This document shows, one piece after another, positions 10,945 through 22,939 of a stretch of DNA of 64,000 nucleotides (the first letter of the stretch is position 1; each line of letters starts with the position of its first letter). The DNA lies in NCBI GenBank assembly GCA_001662655.1, contig KV460270.1. The stretch is one strand, 5' to 3'. The notes under the pieces are model-generated. The model saw nothing but the letters and a program-made list of their open reading frames with translations, searched no databases and was not told the origin of the DNA. This stretch comes from Pseudogymnoascus verrucosus. Taxonomy: Eukaryota. The translations under genes and the position numbers were made by a program.

Positions 10945-12062
10945 CATGAGAGTTCATGTACGGGAGTTATGTCCGACTATATCCCCAGCTAGGCAGTTCA
11001 ACTACTCCATTTATTATTATTCTTATTCTTTATTTGATTTATCTATACGGCAGTGATACGGTAGATTTCCTACAAGTGTAGTCCCCAAACAGTAAATAGA
11101 TCCTGAGGAATGCGACCATCAAGGTGTTGGGTCACATGACCACACCCCCTCAACACACCCCCTACAGTGCGAGCAGGGGTGTTGCTTGCTAGGGACATAG
11201 TTTCAATGTCTGTTGCTCCATAAAAAGAACATAGAGCATGTCTTATAATACTCTATACGTGAAGGGTTGCATAGCATAGGTCTCTGTACGGGCGCTTGTA
11301 CATACTGATCTTCGGCATTTGGCTTTGGTCAACGGCATGAAGATAGATGCCCTCCACATATTTCAAGTTGAACAAAGGGATGAACCTCTCGCGGCTTTCA
11401 TTTAAGTGTCCTCTCTATGGCTATCTCTGGAGTTATTCCCTTACGGACCTCTTGGCTCGTAGGCTTTGTAATTGGGAACTCTACATTCAAATGCCGGTTC
11501 CCACTATCCGATGATGGCATCTTAAACTTCAATGACGAAGATTCCAGCGTATTGTTGATCGTGTTTCAACCAATTGTCAGCATCCATCCGCACGTTCTCC
11601 CCAGACCGAGACCGGATCCCCATGTGTCGTCCGCGTGTGGAAACGGATGCATGTCTCTATACGACTCTGTAGCATGGGCATGCACCCCACGCCGGCGAGA
11701 GCCGGCCAAGGATGGAGGTTGGGAGTAAGTTAGACATTTCCTTGTCGTTTCCTTGTCGTTTCTTATCTTTCTGTCATTCCTCTGGGCGGATGGTAGGGCT
11801 TGGCAAACGATGCATCGTCAATTTTGTTGGTAAACATAGCCCGAAAATCACCATCGACGGCAGTCCCGAGGCTGCGCCGGGGGGGGGCACGTTGATCACC
11901 TCATATGCCAGGAGTATTGTACGTGCCTGTATGTCCACCTCGTTATACTAGACGTGTATGAAAATATATAAACCCTTGCCTCGTCCTTCATGGAGGGGCA
12001 ACACGGCCGAGAACTGTGGTCGCAAACGCAAAAGCCCCAGATAGATCCTCATCCCAACAACC

Positions 12063-13951
12063 ATGGGTTCAGCTTCAATCGCAAGCAGACGCGGGGATGA
12101 CTCCGACAGAACATCGGTGTCATCCGAGGGAAAGCAGGGCGTGATTCCTGGCAACCTCCTGGACGGCGCCCAGATAGTCACCAAGAGTGGCAATCTCGTC
12201 ACCAAGGATGGGGTCGTGGTCTCGACGCAAGAATCAGACTCTAGCTTGTCGACCAACGTATTCGCCGACCCAGAGATCAGGGACTTCTACGTGAAGATGT
12301 ACGAAAAGGCAAAATATGAGTGTCGCCACGTTTTTGATGCAGACCTCACATGGTCCGCCGAAGAAGAGAAGAAACTTATACGGAAGGTTGACTGGCGAAG
12401 TAAGATATGCTGCCATTCCCATAGGTTTCATATTGCTAAACTACAATTCAGTCTGCTTATGGGCTTGCATTATGTTCTTCTCCCTGCAACTTGATAGGGG
12501 TAACATGGTACAAGCTGTCTCGGGGACACTCTTAAAGGACCTGCACCTCAACACTAATGGTAAGTTCCCTATTACGCTATTCTTCTACAGCCATTAACTT
12601 GCAACTCCTAGATTACAACCATGGAAACACGATCTTCACCGCATCTTTCCTAGTCGCCGAGCTGCCGTCTCAACTCGTATCGAAGAAAATCGGCCCCGAC
12701 AGATGGATTCCGATGCAGATCTGCCTCTGGTCGATCGTCGCCATGAGCCAGGCCGCTATGACAAGCCGATCCGGATTTTTCGCAACGCGCGCACTATTGG
12801 GTATCCTCGAGGGCGGTTTCATCCCCGATCTCATCCTCTTCCTGAGCTACTTCTACACCTCCAAAGAGCTGCCTATCCGCCTAAGTTTCTTCTGGACCGC
12901 GCTCAGCGTAACTGGCATCATCAGCTCTCTCCTGGCTTTCGGGATTTTCCATCTCGAGGGCGCACACGGTGTGGCGGGATGGAAATGGCTGTTCTTACTG
13001 GAAGGGCTGATCACTTTCGTAATTGGAGTCGCTTCGTTCTTCATGATGCCTGCTTCGGCTGTCCAGACGAAGACTTGGTTCAGGCCTAAAGGCTGGTTTA
13101 CTGACCGCGAGGAGGCTATCCTGGTTAACCGCATTCTGCGCGATGACCCCTCCAAGGGATCCATGATGAATCGCAAGGCCATTACACCCCGTCGCCTCTG
13201 GCGCGGACTCACAGACTACGATCTGTGGCCGGTAAGCACACCCCACCCCCCACCCCCCCATTACTAAAACAAGAACTCCACTAACACACCCCAGATCTAC
13301 GCCCTCGGAATAATCATATACATCCCTCAAAACCCGCCCGCCCTCTACCTAACCCTCACCCTCCGCTCCATCGGCTTCAGCACCTTCAACGCCAATCTCC
13401 TCACCATCCCGCACACCGTGGTCCACATCTTCACCCTCCTCAGCATAACCTGGCTTGCCGGGAAATTCAACCAGCGCGCCCTCGTCGCCGTCTTCCAGCT
13501 TATCTGGACCCTTCCCGTCTTGATCTTTCTCGCCGTCTGGCCCGGGCTTATCAGTAACCAATGGGGCACCTACGCCGCTACCGCCGTGCTGCTGTCGTAC
13601 CCGTACTGTCACGCTATCGTGGGAGGCTGGGTGAGCTCGAACTCCAACGATGTCGGCGCGCGCTCGATATCAGCGTCGCTGTACAATATGTCTGTGCAGC
13701 TCGGTGGAATCTGCGCGACCTTCGTGTATCGGGAGGATGATAAACCGTACTACCGCCGGGGCAACAGGACGTTGATCGGTATTAATGTGTTGGGGATTGG
13801 GCTGTTCTTGTTTGCGAAGGCGTATTATGTGTGGAAGAATAAGATTAGGGATAAGAAGTGGAATGCGATGACGAAGGAGGAGCAGAATGATTATATTGCT
13901 AATAGTAAGGATCGTGGGTCGAGGAGGTTGGATTTTAGATTTCTGCATTGA
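12063..13951 (+). CDS. MFS anion:cation symporter, Dal5/allantoate permease family (SOA1-like sulfonate/sulfur-compound transporter candidate); 3 introns
   Basis: YECRHVFDADLTWS.EEEKKLIRKVDWR, LQLDRGN, AELPSQLVSKKIGPDRWIP, LEGGFIPD, GWKWLFLLEG, RILRDDPSKG, GSRRLDFRF. Confidence 0.93.
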
Positions 13952-14172
13952 GGTGTTGGAGCGGGGAGGGGGGGGGAGATGGTATTTAGCTGGGCTGAAT
14001 TTAAATAATCCCATGAGAATTACACGAGATATTACTTTGAAGTCGTCTTTCATCAAGTGAGAATAGTTGATGTCTAATTTATCACTTACATACGTCCTGT
14101 CATGTAAGTTAAGCCTGGCCAATCGGAAACCTTGCCATCCTGTAGGTGGCGTCTGGGCGTACTCCCCGCTCA

Positions 14173-14179
14173 TGAGTCA
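14173..14179. promoter_or_regulatory. Gcn4/CpcA (AP-1-like) element TGAGTCA upstream of the aldolase gene
   Basis: Exact heptamer ~110 nt upstream of ATG 14287; TA-rich TATA-like tract at ~14262. Confidence 0.35.
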
Positions 14180-14286
14180 CATGATATAGAGGGGTCAACC
14201 AGCTCTATCGAGGACTAGAAACCACTTATATCATCTTTAAAACACCTAAACGGCTCTGTTCTATATATATATTTAGTGTTGTTACC

Positions 14287-15524
14287 ATGCCCCCTTCAGC
14301 GGATCTAACCACCCAACCCCCGGCGGCCGAGGCACCACCTTCCACCCTCCCCTCGAAGCAAGCGCCGCACGTTCACGGCTCTGAAGAGAAAACCCCCTTA
14401 CAAGCCATAAGCCATGGAATCCTCATGGACGGTAAGAAAAATCCCGCTCATTATTTATCCCCAGATCCCCCAAGCCATCCTCCTCAACCCCCATCCCTAC
14501 TAACCCCAACAGGCATCCCAACCTTCTCCTCCCCCGCTGAGCACCGTAAACACATCCTCATCCACACCGCCGCCACTTTCCGTGACTTTGCACGCAAAGG
14601 CTTCACCGAAGGCCAAGCGGGACATATCAGCGTCCGCGACCCGGAGTTCGAGGATTACATCTGGATGAACCCTCTCGGGCGGCACTTCGGTCTCATGACA
14701 GCAGGTGATATGATCTGTTTAGATATGCACACCGGTGCCGTCGTAGGCGGTAACAATGTATGTTTGTCCCCTTTCCCATCCTTTCAACTTTCTTCATAAC
14801 TCCAATTTATGTATACCGTTACGCTTAAATCATGTACCGACCCCTTGCTAACTCCGAACCCGAACACAGACCCGCCCCGCCAACGCCGCAGGCTTCCAAA
14901 TCCATTCCGCGATCCACAAGGCGCGGCCGGATGTCGCGGCCATCTGCCACGCGCACACGGATGCGGGCCGCGCGTGGAGCGTGTTTGCGCGGCCGTTGGA
15001 GATGCTGAATCAGGATGTTTGTAATTTCTATCAGGCGCATGCGGTGTATGCGGAGTATGGGGGGATTGTGTTTGCGGAGGAGGAGGGGAGGAATATTGCG
15101 AGGGCGCTGGGGGAGGGGAATAAAGTGAGTTCTTCTTATTTATTACTTGGGCCCCTTTTTGGGTGGGTTTGGGAGCGGGAGGGGAGGAAGTGGGCTAATG
15201 GGGCGATAGGGGGTTATTCTCATGAATCACGGCCTACTCACCGTCGGCCACACAGTCGACGAAGCAGGCTACATGTTCGGCCTCCTCGACCGCGGCTGCC
15301 GCATCCAGCTCGACGTCGAGGCAGCGTGTGCAGGTAATCCGGGGCTGAAGCGGAATATCATTTCTGACGAGGAGGCGGCGTATAACATGAAGATGGCGAG
15401 TGAGAAACATGTTTTGTATCGAGAGGCGCAGCCGGATCTGGATTATATCTTTGAGACGCAGGGGATGGAGGCCGTGGCGAGGGGGGTGGATAATATGGTT
15501 ATTGATGAGCAGGGAGGGAATTAG
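14287..15524 (+). CDS. Class II aldolase/adducin-domain protein (Mug14-like); 3 introns
   Basis: GFTEGQAGHISVRDPE, WMNPLGRHF, ANAAGFQIHSAIHKARPDVAAICHAHT (metal-binding His), ILMNHGLLTVG. Confidence 0.92.
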
Positions 15525-16571
15525 TAGGATGGGACGGGTGTATGGGTGGGCTGTTATGAGAATTTTGTCGTTGAGCGAGTAGGTCGTAGTGAGGAGGAGG
15601 TCTTTTGATAATAGTATATATCCATATGTCCTCGTATATAATCACATATAGATGGGTCTCAAGACAGCAAGAGCCCTGAAAAATATATCAACTCGGCTAG
15701 CCACGGCGCATAGTTCTCATATAAAAAGCGCGGAAGCCGCTATAACAACGCGGACACCGTTCCACGCTCCCTACTTAAGAGCGAATTCCGAAAAGCGAAA
15801 GACCGAGAAAAATCTCCACTGTATAGATTTTGATAGTGGGTCAGTTAAAAACTAGCGTATATTTTTTGGAGATGGCAGGGTTCATCCGGTTAGGACGGGA
15901 TCGACTTTCATGGAACAGGGTACGTACCGCTAACGCCGCCTGCGTCATTGTTTGAAGAAGATTTGAAGAAAAATGGACACCGATGGAGAGAACTGGATTG
16001 TTAAGCTGAGGGATTATGAAGAAAAAAAGGTAATAAATGGCAGTATATATTCATACTTAAACACCTACAATCGAATATTTTATAAGCCTCATCTATTATC
16101 ATCGCTGGTTACTATTCAATAGTCAAATATAACTTCCCGGGTTGAACTGCCGTGCCTCGGTGTTCTACTCTAGCCTCGTCCTTGATAAGGTTTAAGACGG
16201 TCTGGTCCATGGCACCATTCGCCCATTCGACCCAGAAAATTGGCCCCTTCATTAAGGAACTCGGCAGAGATTGCCTCTTATTTGACCCAAAAAGAAATCT
16301 AATTCCACATTACTAGCAAGATCTCTTTTGCCTTGCACTAAAAATACTCTCTTCGTCGCTGTTTACTAAGCTTTTACCCTACCCGCTCTTTTCTGGATCC
16401 ATCGCCATAAGCTCGACGGTGGGGCGACAGACAAAAAAAGGCTCTTTCGAAACATTGATATAGACAGCCTACCTCCTCGCACACGGCTGCTGATCCCTCA
16501 AACAAAAACAAACACGCCAAAGGGGTCCCTCGAATATATTTGCTCACCACCAGGCGATAGGGTGACCAGAT

Positions 16572-18587
16572 ATGGACTCCACCGACCGCGATCTCGCCGC
16601 CGTAGGCGCAGATATCTCCAGCCAGCGCGCCCCTATGACCAGCGGCCGCCAATTGAGCCATGAAGCTGAAAGGATAGGCAGCGGATACTCCTCGAACTCC
16701 TCCTCCTCCGATCATCCATATGCCGATCCCATTGGTCTGAGTCGGACACACTCGACCCAGGCGGACCTCGAGCGTCGCCACACTTCTATAAGCCGCATAC
16801 AAACAGCCAGGACGCAACATAGCGCCACGGTTGGGAGGGGTATCGGGTATAAGGAGTCGAAGAAGCCGCTGCCGAATTTTGGATATGGGAAGTCGTATCC
16901 CCCGCCACTGCCAGCGAAGGAGGAATATGTCGTAGAGTTTGATGGCCCGGACGATCCTCTGCATGCGCAAAACTGGCCGTTTAAGAAGAAGTAAGTGTGG
17001 TCAATTGCGCTCGGTTTTCTCGTACCAATACTAACCGTGTTTTTGTAGGCTGTATACGGCTATTATGCTTGGTCTTACTACCTTCACTGCGGCGTTCGCT
17101 TCGAGTATCTTTTCGGCTGCGATTCCTACTGTCTCGAAACAATTCCATGTCGGAGAGGTGGTTGGGACACTCGGTGTATCTCTCTACGTTCTCGGCTTCG
17201 CCACGGGGCCGACGTTGTGGGCGCCGCTGTCCGAGTTGAAAGGACGGCGACTCCCTATTCTCATCGCCATGTTCGGATTTGCCATTTTCCAATTCGCAGT
17301 AGCTGTCGCCAAGGACCTGCAGACAGTTCTCATATGTCGATTCTGGGGAGGATTCTTCGGCGCATGCCCTCTCTCCGTCGTTGCGGCGGTATTCTCGGAT
17401 ATGTTCGATAACAAAACAAGAGGACTGGCCATCACGGTATTCTCCATGACGGTTTTCAGCGGTCCGCTCGTTGCCCCATTTATTGGAGGTTTCATCACCG
17501 AATCTTATCTTGGCTGGCGCTGGACCGAGTACATCTCCGGCATCATGGGAATTGCGTGTTTCGTTCTGGATCTCATATGGTTGGAGGAGACCTATCCTCC
17601 TGTCGTCTTGATCGAGAAGGCAGCGGAACTTCGTCGTAGAACCAAGAACTGGGGAATCCACGCAAAACAAGAGGAAATCGAACTTGATTTCAAGGAGCTT
17701 GTGACGAAGAATTTCAGTCGTCCTATGCGCCTGCTCTTTACCGAGCCCATCATCTTCCTTCTCTCACTCTACATGGCCTTCATCTACGGCCTTCTCTATC
17801 TCTTCCTGACAGCCTACCCAGTCGTCTTCCAGGGCGTCCATGGCATGTCGCCTGGTGTTGGCGGCCTGCCGTACTTTGGCATGATCTTAGGACAGCTGTT
17901 TGCTGGAGCCTACATTGTCTACATCCAGCCGGCTTATAACCGCAAGTTAGATGCGAACAACGGTGTCCCGATTCCCGAATGGCGTCTCCCTACCGTGGTT
18001 ATTGGAGGTGCCGCTTTCGCTATTGGATTGTTTTTCTTTGGCTGGACCGGATATACCAAGAGTATCCACTGGATTGTGCCCACGCTGTCGGGCCTGTTCA
18101 CCGGATTCGGTCTTCTAACGATCTTCCTGCAATCCTTCAATTACCTTATTGATGCCTACCTCATGTTGTAAGTTTTCTCCGGAAGCCCCTATCAATATGT
18201 CAGACTAACTCTCTCAGTGCCGCCTCCGCAATTGCAGCAAACACCTTCCTCCGTTCCCTTGCAGGTGCCGGATTCCCCCTATTCGCCCGTCAAATGTTCA
18301 AAGCTCTTGGAGTAAATTGGACAGGAACTCTCCTTGGATGTGTGGCCACGGTGCTTGTGCCGATTCCAGCGGCCTTCTGGTACTACGGAGAGCGCATCCG
18401 TGCGAGAAGTCCTTATGCTCCCACTGCTGCTCCACAACCAGGCCCCGATTCTCAGGACGATGAGGAATCACATGCTGAAGCTGATCCTTATGCTGGAGGA
18501 GCAGGCCTTGAGGAGGTCGAAAAATCGCGCAGCAGCGAACGCAATGCTCGCAATGCTCGCACCAATACTGGTGATAACGCTGTGTAA
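16572..18587 (+). CDS. MFS DHA1 drug:H+ antiporter (TPO/FLU1-like); 2 introns
   Basis: VEFDGPDDPLHAQNWPFKKK, GPTLWAPLSELKGRR, LGWRWTEY, EETYPPV, PEWRLP, NYLIDAYLM/AASAIAANTFLRS. Confidence 0.94.
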
Positions 18588-18828
18588 AGTTTTCTTTCTT
18601 GCGTCAATACCATATGTGGAGAATCTGTGCTGGGGGTTTGGATCAAGTTGTATGAATCGTTTGGTTAATTTGTAGTATGGGGGTCTTTTAATTTTGGATA
18701 CCAGTTAGCGGACATTATTTCGTTTTACCATATTTAGCAAATTTATAAAGATAATTAATTGACAAAGTTGCATTGAAACATTGATGAAGCGGACGTCGTA
18801 GAGTTGCTGACACCTGTGAGACTGACAA

Positions 18829-18847
18829 CAGCCTTGCTGCAAGGCTG
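18829..18847. repeat. Perfect 9-bp inverted repeat CAGCCTTGC-T-GCAAGGCTG in the promoter of the inositol transporter
   Basis: Read directly; ~115 nt upstream of ATG 18961. Confidence 0.7.
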
Positions 18848-18960
18848 ATGACGCTTGGACCAACAAGTACCACCAAGGGCCTCTCTGTCATCGACCACCC
18901 TCAGACCAGCCTCGTCCGATGGCCAGACACCCCAACGATTGACTTCACAATACCGCCAGC

Positions 18961-20634
18961 ATGGCCGACAGAGCCCAAGACCCCCTAATGGGCGGGGATG
19001 ACCACGACTACGACGACTCCATCCCCGCCGAGTCCGTCAGCGAGCACGAAGACCCGAGCTCGACTCCCACCCTCTTCGTCTGGCTCCTCACGCTCTCCGC
19101 CGGCATCAGCGGCCTGCTATTTGGTTACGACACAGGCGTAATCTCAGCTACCCTCGTCTCCATAGGCACCTCCCTCTCCTCCCGCGCCCTCACCACACTC
19201 GATAAATCCCTAATCGCGGCATCCACATCCCTCTTCGCCCTCCTCGTCTCTCCCATCAGCGGTCTCCTCGCCGATTCTCTGGGACGCAAACGCGTCATCC
19301 TCATAGCAGATATCCTGTTCGTCCTGGGGGCGCTGGTACAGGCCGTCGCGACGTCGGTATGGGTTATGGTCGCTGGCCGATCGATCGTTGGTCTCGCTGT
19401 CGGCGCAGCGAGTTTCGTTACGCCGTTGTATATTGCTGAGTTGGCGCCGTCGATGTTTCGAGGGAGACTAGTGACCTTAAATGTCCTATTCATTACGCTG
19501 GGACAGGTGGTAGCGTATCTGATCGGATGGGGGTTTGCGGAGCTGGGTGGGGAGACGGGGTGGAGGTGGATGGTGGGGTTGGGTGCGTTGCCCGCGGCGT
19601 TGCAGTGCTTGGTTATGATTGCTATGCCGGAGACGCCGAGGTGGCTGGCTCAGGCTGGACGGACGGAGGAGGCAAAGGCTGTTTTGCAGAAGGTTTTTGG
19701 TGCTGCAGATATGAGGAGGACTGTGCAGCCGGTGATGAAAGCTATTGAGCTAGAGGTGCGAGAGGAAGAGGAGGCGAAGCGGGAGAGGGCTAGAAGGTCG
19801 ACGACGAAAGATGGGGGGTGGTTCTCTGATAGCTGGTCTGAGTTGTTTGGTGTGCCTGGGAATGTCAGGGCCTTGACCATTGCGTGTTTGTTGCAAGGTC
19901 TCCAGCAACTATGCGGTTTTGTGAGTTTCACGCCCCTTTTCCCCAAGCACTGCTAACATGAACAGAACTCCCTAATGTACTTCTCCGCTACCCTCTTCTC
20001 CCTCCTCGGCTTCGCCACACCAACCCTAACCTCCCTCTCCGTCGCCGCCACCAACGCCATCTTCACCATCCTCTCCCTCCTCCTCATCGACCGCCTCGGC
20101 CGCCGCCGCATCCTCCTCCTCTCCATCCCCGTCATGATCTTCGCCCTAATCTGCTGCGCCGCAACCTTCCACTACATCATCCTCCCCACCAACACCAATG
20201 CCCACAACCCATCCGCCGACGTCCCCCTCCCAATCACAAGCCGCACCTCCCCCCTCCTCGTCGTCGCATCCATCATCCTCTACGTCGCCGGCTACGCCAC
20301 CGGCCTCGGCAACGTCCCGTGGCAGCAGAGCGAGCTCTTCCCCTTAAACATCCGCAGTCTGGGGTCGAGCCTGGCGACGGCGGTGAATTGGGGGAGTAAT
20401 ACGGTGGTTGGGTTGACGTTTTTGCAGATGCTGGATGGGTTGGGGCCGAGTTGGACCTTTTTGATTTATGCGTTTGTGTGCTTGGTGGGGTGGTTTGCGA
20501 TTTGGTTGGTTTATCCTGAGACGAGGGGGTTGACGCTGGAGGAGACGGGGGAGTTGTTGAAGGAAGGGTGGGGGGTGCAGAGGGGGGGTGGGAGGTTGGG
20601 GAGGGGGGTGGGGGCGGAGAATGGGGAGGGGTAG
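18961..20634 (+). CDS. MFS myo-inositol transporter (ITR family); intron 19921-19966
   Basis: SAGISGLLFGYDTGVIS, LADSLGRK, PLYIAELAP..FRGRLV, PETPRWL, LQGLQQLCGF/NSLMYFS, GLGNVPWQQSELFPL..RSLG, PETRGLTLEE. Confidence 0.93.
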
Positions 20635-20936
20635 GTAATGTAGTATATCTGGTCTGTAATGTAGATTGGCAACGTTTAAATGATAATTATTGCATCAATT
20701 TATCGGGACGAGACAAACAGTGAGTTGGCTTACGTATTGATATTGTAAACGCCAAACACTTAAGCCTACAAACCCACAACCATAAAAGGTTATATGCAGT
20801 CCCTCAAACCCACAGCCAGCCCTAAAAGGCTAGAAACAGTCATAATATACGTTGCCCTCCATCTTCTTCTCTCGTAGTATCCAAACACCAATTCTCCCGT
20901 TCCATAGGCTCGAGGAACCAAACGCCAAAAGTTGAG

Positions 20937-22510
20937 CTACTTCACCGATTCCGGCACACGCCCATACACAAAATGCCTTCAAACCCCATCAATAATCATC
21001 ACACCAGTTCACTTCACAGAGGGGAACTCACAGCTTATACATACAATGCACCCCCCTATCCCTCATCTCCCTCCTCACCCCCGCCAAAAACACCTGCACC
21101 CTCGTCGGCGTCCACCCCGCCACCCTCGTCAGCGCCCCAAACGCAATCCCATGCAGTCCCTCCACCATCTGATAGCGCTGAAATGCGCCTACCTCCTTCA
21201 TACGCCGATCCTGCATCCAGTCGCCGATAGGTAGATCAAAGACTTCTTCCACCACGTTCTCGAAGCCGGCGCTTACCATCATGGATCCGTACTTCTGGGC
21301 GACGGACAGGTCGAGGCCGACTTCTTGGCTGACCTCCGCGAGGGTGGTGTACAATTCCATGATTTGCGAGTTGGGGGGGAGGGTGTTGTCGGGGGAGGAG
21401 GGGATGACGTGCATTTCGACTAGCTCAACGTAGCCGCCTGGTTTGAGGACTCTGTTGCGGGGTGTTAGGATGGATGGGGATGGGAGAGGGGGTGTGTGGG
21501 GGGTGGGGTTGGGTGGACCTCTTAGCTTGCTGGAGGAGACGCGGCCAGTCGCGGATGCCGTGGAAGAGGTAGCGGGCATGGACGAGGTCGATGGATTGGG
21601 GTTCGAAGAGCCAGTCTTCTTCTGCGTCGTCGATTTCGAAGGTGAGGTTTGGTGGGACCCTGGGATGATTAGGGGGGTTGGTGGGGGGGAGACGCGTGGC
21701 TCACCATTGGGGCTGTATAGGACTTGGGAGGGTTAGTAGGAATGTATATCAGTGTGAGTTTCACGGACCTCAAGTCTGTTGCTATAACCTGTGATTCATC
21801 AGCAATGGCCCGAGATATGTGTTGCTAGCAAGCTAACCTTTGCATTTGGATATAGATCGGCTAGTTAGGATGTCAGCTACGTTACGGTTAGGGCTCGAAG
21901 TAAAATCCTAACCTGTGTCTATAGCCCATATTCCTGCAACCAATTGATTAGCTACTTCTTTCATCTTGGAGTAGAGGTTTACCTGTGCCTGTGCCAATAT
22001 CCAGAATAACTTCGGGGTCTGCCCCGATTGGTGCAAGGTGCAGGCGGCCCTTAGTGATAAGCATGGAAATGTGATGCTTCATATCTTCTCGATCCATCTC
22101 GTTCTGTGGAGCAAGTTAGAGACATGGCGTAGCTAGAGGGAATATCTCTTACTTCATCATTTGGAAGCATATATCCTGCAAGATACTCAGTAAGACCCCA
22201 CGGCACCTCACGTGGGAACACTTACGCCCAGGCTTATATCCATGATACCGGCGACCATTTTCAAAGACATACTCATTGGCCTCGCCTGTTAAAGACAGGT
22301 ACTCGCTCGAGCTGTCCCAAAATCAGTACAGGCGGCGTCAATCTGGCTCTTTGAGGCGGTAGTTACTCGGACGTCATTTCAAGGCTCCATATACACTCCT
22401 ATCTTAAGCATTGAGATCAGGACGCTATGCATGCATGCAGGGCTTAGCGTGAGTTCCAGTGGGGAAATGCAATTGCCGACCCAACTCACCTTAATTTCGA
22501 TATGGACCTA
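20937..22510 (-). CDS. SAM-dependent methyltransferase (LaeA-like/Methyltransf_23 family), many introns and micro-exons; start codon uncertain
   Basis: Spliced: YVFENGRRYHGYKPG/RYMLPNDE/NEMDREDMKHH...ILDIGTGT/GIWAIDT/ADLYPNAK/VIATDLS/PIQPQW/VPPNLTFEIDDAEEDW...VLKPGGYVELVE...HFVYGRVP. Confidence 0.9.
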
Positions 22511-22939
22511 CTTTGTTATTGCTTAAACCTGCTGCAGCATTGCTGCAGACTCTTGAGGTTCAGTTGTCTCTAGCCTAACTGTGACGACGGATAATAAGTT
22601 TAGTGCTTGGCACTGGGTGTCAGATGCGGCACCCGCGAGGTCCGTGAACAGCCGTGTATTTATTCCGTTGAGTATTGCGATTCCCCTGTTAAATAAGATG
22701 CAGGGATTGGAATCCCACTTTATTTTGGTATTTTTAGATATTTTGAATTCAATAACCTCTTGAGTGCTACTATAGAAAGATGCATGACGTACAGTTGTAC
22801 CGCTTGTGGGCTTTTTATTTATTTATGTGGCTATTCGACACACGTCAACTCCCTGCGTTGCTGCATCAAGATCAAGAAACAGTTGTCAGATCAAATTGTT
22901 ATTTATATTTTTGATGGATATCCCTAATCTATATTCCCT

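Noticed and set aside
18782..18850. Possible C/D box snoRNA (TGATGA...CTGA)
   Set aside because: I could not match the putative guides to rRNA, and the region is a proximal promoter; an Rfam/snoscan search would settle it
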